Of a DNA stretch of 64,000 bases, positions 29,315 to 38,734 are shown in pieces. Under the pieces are notes generated by a model. It did no database searches, had not been told where the DNA came from, and saw only the letters and a program-made list of their open reading frames with translations. Source of the stretch: an uncultured Granulosicoccaceae bacterium (lineage in GTDB: Bacteria; Pseudomonadota; Gammaproteobacteria; Granulosicoccales; Granulosicoccaceae); contig CALHOI010000034.1 of NCBI GenBank assembly GCA_938035525.1, positions 3,266-67,265 on the forward strand. Reading direction: 5' to 3'. A program made the translations under genes and the position numbers. How positions within the stretch are numbered: position 1 is the first letter of the stretch; each line of letters starts with the position of its first letter.

Positions 29315-30745
29315 TTAGGGCGTTGCCACAGCTTGTAATAGTGTCTGGTAGTAGCGGGCGCCCATTTCTCGAAAAGCGGCGGCCCCGAAATGAATGCACG
29401 AGGTGTTACCGCAAGGATACCCATTCGATGGAATCAGATCGTCGTTAATACTGGTTGCAGCATGGGCAACCTTGCTGGGTAGTGTGCGATGTGCATCGTC
29501 AACCAGTTGCTTTTCAAACCAGAATTGAGAGAGGTCTTCGCGCTCGTCGATACCGCGGGACATCGTGCCTAACACGAATGGAATGTTGGCATTCTCACGG
29601 CGTAAGTCTCCACCGCGAATATCAGGGGCAATATTCAGCCTTAACTGCTTTGCCATTCGCTCAAGGTTGGCCAGATACACACTGGCGCAATTGGCATCGA
29701 AGGAGTCTGATTCACCCTGATGCCACAAAATTCCGCGCAGTACACCACCCGTTTCTGCCAGAGCAATATTGGTGCGGGTTACAGCCCGATCAAATAACCA
29801 CGTATTGCCAAGATTTGGATTGTCTGTTGCTTGTGCGTTCCACTGACCCAGCGGTCCACCTTCGGGGCTTTTGCAAAACGATGTGGCTGACCAAGCGGCG
29901 GGCACAAGCACAATATTGGCGGTGGTATTGGGCAATGCCGCTTTGGCAAAACTCAGGCCCATACCAATGTAGGCATCGGATTTACCGGTGTTGGTCGGGT
30001 CAGATGGCACGTGCAGAGGATCTTCAGCGATGACAATCGGCGTGTCACCGAAAATGTTGGCTGACGCTGAGGTGTACGAAGCTTCTGTACTGAAAATATC
30101 GTATTGATCATTCTTGGACACGTTGAGTTGCAGAATACGCGGGTGTGGCTCGTCCGGGCCGCCGGGTCCGGCAAGCTTGGTTCCATCGTTGCTGAAGCCG
30201 ACCATATTACTTTGGCCAATCAGCAAGTAAACATCGGGTGCTTTGACAGGATCGATATTGACCTGGACAGCAATGCTGGCCGTATTCACACCGTCTGTTG
30301 CATCAACATTAAAAATTCTTTGTTGCGGCATGATCGGTAGATCATCGATAGCCAGACGCATGTTAATTGAAGAAAAACTCTCAGTGCCGCTTAGCGTTTG
30401 CTGCAACACGCTGGTACTGATCAGGCGAGAATCTTCGTCGGTTACGCCGTTAACAGTGATGGTAATCGGCGAGGTGTAGCCAGGCTGGCGCCTGATCACA
30501 ATGGGGATATTTGCGCCTTCGTCATTGCCTTCGGTTAACACAACAGGCTCGACAAAGTCCATTGAGAATAAATTGTTGCTGTTGCCGTTAGTAGACCCGC
30601 CTGTTGTTCCAACCGATGTCCCTCCAGTGGTTCCGGCACCGCCTGTTTGCACGCCGTCGTCAACAGAGCTGGAGCACGAACTCAAGGCGAAAACGAAAAG
30701 CCACGCAGCGGCGCATTTTAAGAAGTTGGATGTAATAGAAGTCAT
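29315..30745 (-). CDS. Lipoprotein sialate O-acetylesterase/SASA (SGNH) carbohydrate esterase
   Basis: LSSC lipobox, G/T-rich linker, GQSNM, DPLH, LWHQGESD, CIHF. Confidence 0.85.
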   Translation of the reverse strand: MTSITSNFLKCAAAWLFVFALSSCSSSVDDGVQTGGAGTTGGTSVGTTGGSTNGNSNNLFSMDFVEPVVLTEGNDEGANIPIVIRRQPGYTSPITITVNGVTDEDSRLISTSVLQQTLSGTESFSSINMRLAIDDLPIMPQQRIFNVDATDGVNTASIAVQVNIDPVKAPDVYLLIGQSNMVGFSNDGTKLAGPGGPDEPHPRILQLNVSKNDQYDIFSTEASYTSASANIFGDTPIVIAEDPLHVPSDPTNTGKSDAYIGMGLSFAKAALPNTTANIVLVPAAWSATSFCKSPEGGPLGQWNAQATDNPNLGNTWLFDRAVTRTNIALAETGGVLRGILWHQGESDSFDANCASVYLANLERMAKQLRLNIAPDIRGGDLRRENANIPFVLGTMSRGIDEREDLSQFWFEKQLVDDAHRTLPSKVAHAATSINDDLIPSNGYPCGNTSCIHFGAAAFREMGARYYQTLLQAVATP

Positions 30746-30894
30746 GTGTAAGTTAGTTCTTTAAAAATCGCATGCATGCGTAGTGTGGTTAACGGCACAC
30801 GTATTAAGGGTAAGCGCTAAACTTTCTCAAGCGTGACGCCATACCTGTACTCGTGACTGAAAATGTGATCCGATCCACAAACTGTGCCAGCGAA

Positions 30895-32346
30895 TTATTG
30901 AATGGCTGCCTGAATAAGAAAATCGTAGTAGCGCGAGCCCATTTCGCGCAGTGAGGTTGACCCGAAATGAATGCAATCGCCTTCGCCGCAGGGGTAATCC
31001 GGCGGTATCAGGTCATCGTTGGTCACAAACGCTGAAAAAGGGACGATTTGAGCGATATTCCGGTGTACACCATCAACAATCGTTTTGGTGTCAGAGAAGT
31101 CGCTGTAGATTCCGCCTCTTGACATGCTGCCAACCACAAATGGCACATTAGCATTGGGACCACGAGCTTGCGTCCCCCTGGCGTCTGCAATGATGTTGGT
31201 GCGCAAAGATCGAACCAGTGCAGCCAGATTTTGTTCGTAGGCCTGAGCGCAAGCCGCATTGTTGGAGTCAGTTTCGCCCTGATGCCACAAAATGCCGCGT
31301 AAAATACCGCCAGACTCGCGCAAGGCCAAATTGGCTCTGGCGATGGCTCTGTCGTGAAGTAGCGTACCGCTTAACGCAGAGTTGTTCGAAGACACGGCGT
31401 TCCAGCCCAACTGTCCGGGGAAGAGGGTGCGATCATTGACTCGGCAAAATCCGGTGTTTGACCAGGCAGCCGGCACCAGAATAATTTGGGCCTGTGTGTC
31501 GTTCATGGCTCGTTTGGCGAACCTGAGTCCCATGCCGATCTTTGTGCCTTCTTTGCCACTGATGCGAGAGTCGTATCCAACATGCAAAGGGTCGATAGCG
31601 GGGGTGAACAGTTGCACACCTACCGCGATGTTGCTCTCTGATGTGAAAGCGCTGGCTGAATCAAAGTTCTGGCCATCGTTGCCAGTGACGTTTAACTGCA
31701 TGATGCGTGGGTCGGGTGCGTCGAGCTGTCCGGGCGCTGATTGTTTTGCACCGAGCTCACTGGAGCCAACCATGTTGCTTTGCCCAATTAACAAATACAC
31801 ATCAGGTAAGGTGGTAGGCACGGTTTGAATGTTCAACAGGGCGGCACTTTGATTTCTGCCGTCAGTACCAACGATGCGCAGGGTTCGCGATTCACGCTGG
31901 GCCGGCAGCGGGCCGTAATTTAAATTGATGGTGAGGCGTGTGGTGGTTTCGTTGCTTTCAATGTCTGAGTCAGTAAATTGCCAGCCGATTTTGTCAAGGT
32001 CGCTCGGCGCTGCGCCCGCCAAAGCCAGTGATACTTTTCCGGTGTAGCCTGCGCTGCGTTGAACCTGTATGTCCACGGTTATTGCGGAACCTTCTGAGAG
32101 GTTCAGATTGTTGTTTGACAGTATTAGTGAGTATTGGCCATTGTTTTCACCGCCAGTGGTGGTGCCTGAGCTTGCATTACCGTCGGTGCCACCGCTGGTG
32201 CCGCCACCAGTGGTTCCGGCAGTAGAGCCCGCTGTCCCGGCCGGCTCGATATCACTGTTACAACCAAGCACCATCGCGCAAGTGAGCAGCATCAGGGCTG
32301 TCGTTCTCGCGAAGCGGTGTATCTTGTTCGGACTAATCTGTTTCAC
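30895..32346 (-). CDS. Lipoprotein SASA carbohydrate esterase, tandem paralog
   Basis: VLGC lipobox, G/T linker, GQSNM, DPLH, LWHQGETD, GDCIHF. Confidence 0.85.
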   Translation of the reverse strand: MKQISPNKIHRFARTTALMLLTCAMVLGCNSDIEPAGTAGSTAGTTGGGTSGGTDGNASSGTTTGGENNGQYSLILSNNNLNLSEGSAITVDIQVQRSAGYTGKVSLALAGAAPSDLDKIGWQFTDSDIESNETTTRLTINLNYGPLPAQRESRTLRIVGTDGRNQSAALLNIQTVPTTLPDVYLLIGQSNMVGSSELGAKQSAPGQLDAPDPRIMQLNVTGNDGQNFDSASAFTSESNIAVGVQLFTPAIDPLHVGYDSRISGKEGTKIGMGLRFAKRAMNDTQAQIILVPAAWSNTGFCRVNDRTLFPGQLGWNAVSSNNSALSGTLLHDRAIARANLALRESGGILRGILWHQGETDSNNAACAQAYEQNLAALVRSLRTNIIADARGTQARGPNANVPFVVGSMSRGGIYSDFSDTKTIVDGVHRNIAQIVPFSAFVTNDDLIPPDYPCGEGDCIHFGSTSLREMGSRYYDFLIQAAIQ

Positions 32347-32714
32347 GGCAGGTGTTCTCTCCGGATGCGCGCGCGGCGCAGGCCATTACTTGTTGCGCGC
32401 GAGTTTATCAGAGGTGTGCTAATAGACGGTGGTAGAAGTACCCAACTATCTGCATTTTAACGAATTTGTGGTCTTGTTAAAATATCAAAAGCCCGTATTC
32501 GAGAGGTTTTGTGAGGTGTGTGGGATTAGCCTTAAACATGGTAAAATGATGTTAACAAATTGGGCGGGCAAAATGTGCGCTTAGCCGCAGTGTGGTTGCA
32601 TTAAAGGTGCACTCAGTGCGGCGACGGTAACAGCGCGGCTGTGGCCCAAAAAGGTGCGCTTACGTCGTGCCTTGTAAAACGCATCAGCCAAGCCTGAAAC
32701 TAAAAACGACAAAA

Positions 32715-33215
32715 ATGTTAACTATCAGACTCGTTATCACGATGGCAATACTTTGGATGCTGTTGTCCGGGTATTTCAAAGCACAATTATTAATTCTAGG
32801 TGTACTCTCGGTTGCATTGGTCGTGTGGCTGGCGCATCGCATGCGTGTCATGATGCATCGCGGACAGCCTATCTATTTTCGCTTTTTCCACATTTTTAAA
32901 TATTGGGGGTGGCTGGCTCACCAAATATTGCTCTCCAATATTGAAGTCACCCGCATGATTTTATCCAGGGACTTGCCTATCAAGCCGCAGTTGCGGCGAG
33001 TCACAGCTACCCCCGATACTGATATGGGCCGCGCAATCTACGCCAACTCCATTACCCTAACGCCGGGCACCACAGCAATAAATTTTACACCCGATGACGA
33101 CATACTGGTGCATGCCTTACATGAAGACAGTTTGCACGAGCTGGAAAAAGGAGAGATGGCAGATCACGTGAAAGAAGTAGAGCCACACCTCGAACCATTG
33201 GTGCCACCCCCGTAA
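32715..33215 (+). CDS. mnhE: Na+/H+ antiporter subunit E
   Basis: LWMLLSG, SNIEV and ANSITLTPGT..VHAL motifs. Confidence 0.92.
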   Translation: MLTIRLVITMAILWMLLSGYFKAQLLILGVLSVALVVWLAHRMRVMMHRGQPIYFRFFHIFKYWGWLAHQILLSNIEVTRMILSRDLPIKPQLRRVTATPDTDMGRAIYANSITLTPGTTAINFTPDDDILVHALHEDSLHELEKGEMADHVKEVEPHLEPLVPPP

Positions 33216-33496
33216 TGTTTATCGTCGCTACATTGGCAATACTGGTCACCATGTGCATCACGCTGGCGCGTGCTTTATTGGGTCCAACCATTTTTGATCG
33301 CATACTTGCCGTTAACTCGTTCGGGACAAAAACCGTGTTGTTGATTGCCGTGTATGGATTTTTAACAGGCAGACCCGATTTCGTCGACATCGCCCTGGTT
33401 TATTCGCTCATCAACTACATAGGCACCATTGCGGTCCTGAAGTTTTTTGAATACGACGATCTGGGTAGCGGTGCTTATCAGGAAGATGACTTCTGA
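33215..33496 (+). CDS. mnhF: Na+/H+ antiporter subunit F
   Basis: GPTIFDRILA, DIALVY. Confidence 0.92.
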   Translation: MFIVATLAILVTMCITLARALLGPTIFDRILAVNSFGTKTVLLIAVYGFLTGRPDFVDIALVYSLINYIGTIAVLKFFEYDDLGSGAYQEDDF

Positions 33497-33885
33497 TGTT
33501 TATCGGGCTAATTAATCTTCTTTCCTGGCTGCTTATTCTGACTGGGTGTGTGTTTATTATTACCGGTGCAATTGGTCTTATCCGAATGCCTGATTTGTAC
33601 ACACGCTTACATGCGGCCAGTGTCACGGACACCGGTGGTGCCATATTCGTGATACTTGGGTTGTTGCTTCAGGCCTTGTTTGTTTTTGAAAATCCTATGG
33701 CCGGTATCAAAGTTGTTTTAGTGCTGTTTTTCACGTTGTTTACGGCACCAACAGCCTCGCATGCCTTGGCTAAAACGGCACTGCTTTCTGGACACGTGCC
33801 AACCGATGAAAACGGCAAACCAATTGTAGACTCAGCGGAAATTGCGCAGAAAATGGCGCGCTCCAGGCCGGATAAGCCGGATTAG
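33496..33885 (+). CDS. mnhG: Na+/H+ antiporter subunit G
   Basis: GLIRMPDLYTRLHAAS, TAPTASHAL. Confidence 0.92.
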   Translation: MFIGLINLLSWLLILTGCVFIITGAIGLIRMPDLYTRLHAASVTDTGGAIFVILGLLLQALFVFENPMAGIKVVLVLFFTLFTAPTASHALAKTALLSGHVPTDENGKPIVDSAEIAQKMARSRPDKPD

Positions 33886-33916
33886 ATTAGCCAGCTAAAA
33901 TAAGCAAAATTAGATA

Positions 33917-33960
33917 AGCCAGACTAAAAAAGCCAGACTAGAAAAGCCAGACTAGAAAAG
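33917..33960. repeat. 14-bp tandem repeat x3 (agccagactagaaa)
   Basis: Read directly in the mnhG-DUF4040 gap. Confidence 0.75.
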
Positions 33961-33974
33961 AAAGAGAAATAATT

Positions 33975-34583
33975 ATGGAGTTGCTGGTTACCGTTGTATT
34001 ACTGACATTTCTGATGGCCATTGCGGTTGGCATCATCGTGCTGCGCGACTTACTCGCTGGCGTTATTTTACTTGGATTATATTCTTTGGTTGCGGCCGGT
34101 ATTTTTGTTGTTATGGATGCTGTTGATGTTGCTTTTACCGAGGCGGCTGTGGGTTGTGGTATTTCAACCATATTGTTTCTCGGTGCCATGTCGTTTACCA
34201 AGCACGATCAAAAACCGCGCGGTCACGATTCCCTTATTGCCATTGTTTTTGTGGTGCTGGCTGGTGGCTTACTGATTTATGGCACGCTCGACATGCCATA
34301 TTATGGCGACCCGAATTCGCCAGCACAAACACACCCCGAACTGACGCAGCACTATTTGTATAAATCGATGGATGAAACCGGTATGCCCAATGTGGTGACG
34401 TCGGTGTTGGCCAGCTATCGTGGCTACGACACACTGGGTGAGACGGTGGTGGTGTTTACCGCGGGTATTGCCGTGTTGAGTTTGCTGGGTCTTATCAGGC
34501 GCAGGCCTGAAGATGATGCACCAGAAGATGCCCCGGGTGATATACCCAGACACAGCAGTGATGACTCGGGGGTAGACTCATGA
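33975..34583 (+). CDS. Mrp subunit, DUF4040/MnhB-related (corresponds to the MrpA C-terminal part)
   Basis: DVAFTEAAVG, PNVVTSVLASYRGYDTLGE. Confidence 0.88.
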   Translation: MELLVTVVLLTFLMAIAVGIIVLRDLLAGVILLGLYSLVAAGIFVVMDAVDVAFTEAAVGCGISTILFLGAMSFTKHDQKPRGHDSLIAIVFVVLAGGLLIYGTLDMPYYGDPNSPAQTHPELTQHYLYKSMDETGMPNVVTSVLASYRGYDTLGETVVVFTAGIAVLSLLGLIRRRPEDDAPEDAPGDIPRHSSDDSGVDS

Positions 34584-35008
34584 AACTCTACCCAAGGCAA
34601 CGGCATCGTGTCCTGCAAATAGTCACAAAGCTGGTTATACCTTTTGTTCTTTTGTTTGCATTGTATGTGCAGTTTCATGGCGACTACGGCCCAGGCGGTG
34701 GTTTTCAGGCGGGCGTTATTTTCGCATCAGCGTTCATTTTGCACGGTCTTATTTTTGGTTTACAACGCACTCGACAAGTTATAACACCAACAGCATTACG
34801 CATTTTAATGGCCATTGGCGTGCTCATTTATTTGGGAACCGGCATCGTCAGTATGTTTCTGGGTGGCAATTTACTCGATTACGGTGTTTTGGCACATGAC
34901 CCAAAACACGGGCAACACTGGGGCATATTTGCAGTTGAATTGGGTGTGGGCGTCACGGTGACAGCGGTAATGATCAGCTTATTTTACGGGTTTGCGAGCA
35001 GACGATAA
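34580..35008 (+). CDS. mnhB: Na+/H+ antiporter subunit B
   Basis: HGDYGPGGGFQAG, VELGVG. Confidence 0.92.
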   Translation: MKLYPRQRHRVLQIVTKLVIPFVLLFALYVQFHGDYGPGGGFQAGVIFASAFILHGLIFGLQRTRQVITPTALRILMAIGVLIYLGTGIVSMFLGGNLLDYGVLAHDPKHGQHWGIFAVELGVGVTVTAVMISLFYGFASRR

Positions 35009-35370
35009 TGGCAGTATTGGGCTTGTACAACTACTGGGCTGTCATTGTGTTAATGATGGCGGGTTTATACATTTTGATAGCGCGCTATAACCTGATCAAG
35101 AAAATGATTGGTTTGGGCGTGTTTCAAACATCGATTTTCTATTTGTATATCAGCATGGGAAAGGTGCAGGGTGGTAGTGCCCCTATACTTGATGATGCTG
35201 TACCGCTGTACTCCAATCCACTTGTGCATGTGCTTATCCTGACAGCAATCGTGGTCGGTGTGGCGACTACCGCAGTAGGACTGGCTTTAATTGTTCGCAT
35301 ATATGAAGAGTACGGCACCATAGAAGAAGACGAAATCAAGGCAATTGAGTCACGGGAGCACGACGCGTGA
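35008..35370 (+). CDS. mnhC: Na+/H+ antiporter subunit C
   Basis: NLIKKMIGL, NPLVHVLILTAIVVG, YGTIE. Confidence 0.92.
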   Translation: MAVLGLYNYWAVIVLMMAGLYILIARYNLIKKMIGLGVFQTSIFYLYISMGKVQGGSAPILDDAVPLYSNPLVHVLILTAIVVGVATTAVGLALIVRIYEEYGTIEEDEIKAIESREHDA

Positions 35371-36857
35371 TTGCCGACCAGCTGCCCGCCTTACAAATTG
35401 TTATTCCCATGCTGGCCGCGCCTTTGTGCGTGTTGATAAGACGCTCGTTTGTGTGTTGGTGTATCGCGGTTTTAGCCAACGTGCTGGTGCTTGCCACTTC
35501 ATGGGCCATTTTCAAGCAAGTGCAGTCTGAGGGTGTTATTCGATACGCGCTGGGTGGCTGGGCAGCGCCTACAGGTATTGAATATTACATAGACAGCATG
35601 AATGCCATCATGTTGTTGCTGGTGTCATTCATAAGCTGCGTTGTGGTGGTGTATGCCCATGAGACAGTCCGCAAATCGGTACAAACCGGTAAACACTATT
35701 TGTTTTATGCAGCCTGGATGTTGTGCTTAACCGGTTTGCTGGGTATTTCCATAACGGGGGATGCCTTTAATGTCTTTGTGTTTCTGGAAATATCCTCTTT
35801 ATCCATGTACATGCTCATTGCATTTGGCAGTGACAGACGAGCACTTTCTGCCAGTTTTCGTTACTTGATCATGGGCAGCATTGGTGCCTCATTTATTTTG
35901 ATCGGCATTGGGTTTTTATACGCTGCCACTGGTGCGCTTAACATGGTTGATATTGCGTCTCGCATTCCCGATGCGCAATCACAGCGCGCAGTGCTGGTCG
36001 CGTTTAGTTTTCTAACTATCGGTTTAATGATCAAATCAGCGGTGTTTCCGTTGCACGGTTGGTTAGCCAATGCTTATCAGCATGCACCGATCGCGGTGAC
36101 TGCGTTTCTGGCTGGTACGGCAACCAAAGTGTCGCTGTATGTTTTGCTTCGATTTTTCTTCAGTATTTTTGGTACAAACTACAGCTTTGGTGGCATGTTG
36201 TTGAATGTTGTTTTGTTGCCTGCAGCGGTTGCCGGTTTCGTGCTTATGTCGCTTGTCGCTATTTTTCAATCCGATTTACGGCGCATGCTGGCTTATTCAA
36301 GCGTTGCTCAAATCGGGTATATCATAGCTGCGTTTTGCCTGGCCTCTCAGGCCGGTTTAACCGCAGGCATCGTGCACATTATTAATCACGGCATTATCAA
36401 AACGGCCTTGTTTATGTCTGTGGGTTGCATCATTTATCGCGTTGGACATGCGCATTCAGATAGTCTGGATAATTTGTTTAAAAAAATGCCATTCACGGTT
36501 TGCGCCTTCATTTTTTCCGGCCTTGGTCTGATTGGGGTGCCATTGACTGCCGGGTTTATCAGTAAGTTCTCTCTTATCAGTGCGTCAATGGAACGCGGCT
36601 GGTGGATGATCGGTGTGCTTGTCTTGCTCAGCTCTTTATTTGCCATTGTGTATGTTGGGCGAGTGGTGGAAATCATGTTGTTCCGAAAAGCGCGCACAGA
36701 TAACCCGCAACCCACTGGTCTGCGCGAAGCACCACTGCTGATGCTGGTGCCAATGTACGTATTGTTAGCGGTAAGCGTCTGGGTTGGTATTTCGGGTAGC
36801 GCCACCTTATCGGTGGCTTCTGATGCGGCCGCAGCATTATTGGGTGGCTATCAATGA
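35367..36857 (+). CDS. mnhD: Na+/H+ antiporter subunit D family (copy 1)
   Basis: GGWAAPTGIE, DAFNVFVFLEI, KSAVFPLHGW, LAYSSVAQIGY. Confidence 0.9.
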   Translation: MIADQLPALQIVIPMLAAPLCVLIRRSFVCWCIAVLANVLVLATSWAIFKQVQSEGVIRYALGGWAAPTGIEYYIDSMNAIMLLLVSFISCVVVVYAHETVRKSVQTGKHYLFYAAWMLCLTGLLGISITGDAFNVFVFLEISSLSMYMLIAFGSDRRALSASFRYLIMGSIGASFILIGIGFLYAATGALNMVDIASRIPDAQSQRAVLVAFSFLTIGLMIKSAVFPLHGWLANAYQHAPIAVTAFLAGTATKVSLYVLLRFFFSIFGTNYSFGGMLLNVVLLPAAVAGFVLMSLVAIFQSDLRRMLAYSSVAQIGYIIAAFCLASQAGLTAGIVHIINHGIIKTALFMSVGCIIYRVGHAHSDSLDNLFKKMPFTVCAFIFSGLGLIGVPLTAGFISKFSLISASMERGWWMIGVLVLLSSLFAIVYVGRVVEIMLFRKARTDNPQPTGLREAPLLMLVPMYVLLAVSVWVGISGSATLSVASDAAAALLGGYQ

Positions 36858-38308
36858 ATCCATTGTGGGCTTTAGTGCCGCCGCTGCTGGTTATCCCGTT
36901 TATTATCTTCTTTGGTGAGCGTCGGCGTAACCTACGCGAAGCGTCAATCATTATTGCCGGTATTGTTCTGCTAGGCATTAACGATCGTATTTACTCTGCG
37001 GTTAAAGCGGGCGAGCTGGTCGAAAGTGGCGAGCTTTCATTACTTGCCAATTTTTCTTTGCGATTATCTGCCGAGCCAATGGGTGTGCTGTTCGGTTTAC
37101 TGGCCAGTTTTCTCTGGGTGGTTACAACGGTTTATTCCATTGGCTATATGCGTGGGCACGACGAGCAGAACCAAACGCGTTTCTATTGTTGCTTTGCGCT
37201 GGCCATTGCGTGTGTCATGGGCGCAGCTTATGCCGACAACCTGCTGACTTTGTTTGTGGCCTACGAAGCCATCACACTGTCAACCTTTCCATTGGTCACG
37301 CACGCGGGTAACGACGCTTCACGCAAAGCCGGGCGTTTGTATTTGTTGCTGCTGATGTGCGGCTCTATTGGTTTGTTTTTGCCTGCTGTTATCTGGATAG
37401 CCACGGCTGCTGGCACGCTCGATTTCAGGGTAGGGGGCATTCTTAGCGACAGTGGTATGAGCCAACTGTCGGTTGGGGTTTTATTAGGCTTGTGTGTATT
37501 CGGCGTGGGTAAGGCGGCTGTTATGCCCATGCACCGCTGGTTGCCTGCAGCCATGGTCGCACCGACACCGGTTAGTGCATTGTTGCATGCCGTAGCGGTG
37601 GTTAAAACCGGTGTGTTCACATTGCTGAAAATGGTGACTTACACCTTTGGTATCGATATGGTGTCTACGTCGGGTGTTGCCAATGTTGTTTTGCCGGTGG
37701 TTGCGTTTACCGTGATTGCCAGCTCGATCATCGCGTTCACCAAAGATAATTTAAAAGCCCGCTTGGCGTATTCAACGATAAGTCAATTGTCTTATATAGT
37801 GATGGCGGCCTTATTAGCAACAACGATGTCGGTAACCGGTGGAGCGCTGCATATCGTCATGCATGCGTTCGGGAAAATTACCTTATTTTTCTGTGCCGGT
37901 GCCATCATGGTTTCCCTGCATAAAACCCAGATTTCAGATCTTGATGGTATGGGCAGAAGAATGCCGGTAACCATGGTTTGCTTTTTCATTGGTGCGCTGG
38001 GCATCATTGGGTTGCCACCGGCTTCGGGGGTTTGGAGTAAGCTGCTTATCGCTGGTGGTTCCTTAGAGGCGGGCAACGCTATCTGGCTGGCCGTACTCAT
38101 GCTCAGTACCATTTTAAACATCGCCTACTTGTTGCCAATACCACTGCGGGCTTTTTTCAAACCGGCGGCGCCTGGCCAGTCGGTTGATGTTTGTGAAGCC
38201 CCATTTGCATCGCTTTGGGCAATCGTAGTAACGGCCACTGTCTGTGTGCTGTTGTTTGTGTTTCCACAGCCGCTCATCGAGCTGCTTGGCTTAATTCAGT
38301 GGCGCTAA
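36854..38308 (+). CDS. MnhD/NuoL-like antiporter subunit (copy 2)
   Basis: AYEAITL, KAAVMPMHRWLP..MVAPTPVSALLHAVAVVK, LAYSTISQLSY. Confidence 0.88.
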   Translation: MNPLWALVPPLLVIPFIIFFGERRRNLREASIIIAGIVLLGINDRIYSAVKAGELVESGELSLLANFSLRLSAEPMGVLFGLLASFLWVVTTVYSIGYMRGHDEQNQTRFYCCFALAIACVMGAAYADNLLTLFVAYEAITLSTFPLVTHAGNDASRKAGRLYLLLLMCGSIGLFLPAVIWIATAAGTLDFRVGGILSDSGMSQLSVGVLLGLCVFGVGKAAVMPMHRWLPAAMVAPTPVSALLHAVAVVKTGVFTLLKMVTYTFGIDMVSTSGVANVVLPVVAFTVIASSIIAFTKDNLKARLAYSTISQLSYIVMAALLATTMSVTGGALHIVMHAFGKITLFFCAGAIMVSLHKTQISDLDGMGRRMPVTMVCFFIGALGIIGLPPASGVWSKLLIAGGSLEAGNAIWLAVLMLSTILNIAYLLPIPLRAFFKPAAPGQSVDVCEAPFASLWAIVVTATVCVLLFVFPQPLIELLGLIQWR

Positions 38309-38311
38309 CAC

Positions 38312-38734
38312 ATGACTGATAAACAAACACAAAAAACTGATCGAGATTCTTTGACACACTCGCAGTTGCCGCCTTCGCAGTTGCCAAGAATGGCAAGACG
38401 GTTTTTATGGGCTGACGATATGGGCGCGGTGGAGCGTGTCATATTGGGCCTGAGCATATTGTGTGTTGTGCTTTTTTTACTCGACTTTATTGTCCATCGC
38501 CACACCTACGTACCGGGCGAGGGTTTCCCCGGTTTTTATGCCATCGTTGGTTTTATCGCATTCACGCTCATTGTGCTCGGTGCAACGCAGCTGCGTCGTG
38601 TCATTTTACGCAACGAAAACTATTACGCGCCGTTTAGCGTTGATGCAGAAGAATACCCAGAACAAGGCTTAGAAAAAACAGCCCACACACCAGACGAAAC
38701 CGGTGTGCATATTGATGGAGATGCATCTCAATGA
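38312..38734 (+). CDS. Small 2-TM membrane protein within the Mrp operon
   Basis: Two hydrophobic helices, FPGFYAIVGF, RNENYY; tightly coupled to both neighbours. Confidence 0.7.
   Translation: MTDKQTQKTDRDSLTHSQLPPSQLPRMARRFLWADDMGAVERVILGLSILCVVLFLLDFIVHRHTYVPGEGFPGFYAIVGFIAFTLIVLGATQLRRVILRNENYYAPFSVDAEEYPEQGLEKTAHTPDETGVHIDGDASQ

Noticed and set aside
29455-30033. Long antisense ORFs (this one, 9751..10308, 40621..41073, 60363..60794 and similar)
   Set aside because: They lie almost wholly within well-supported genes on the opposite strand and show no motifs; treated as shadow ORFs.
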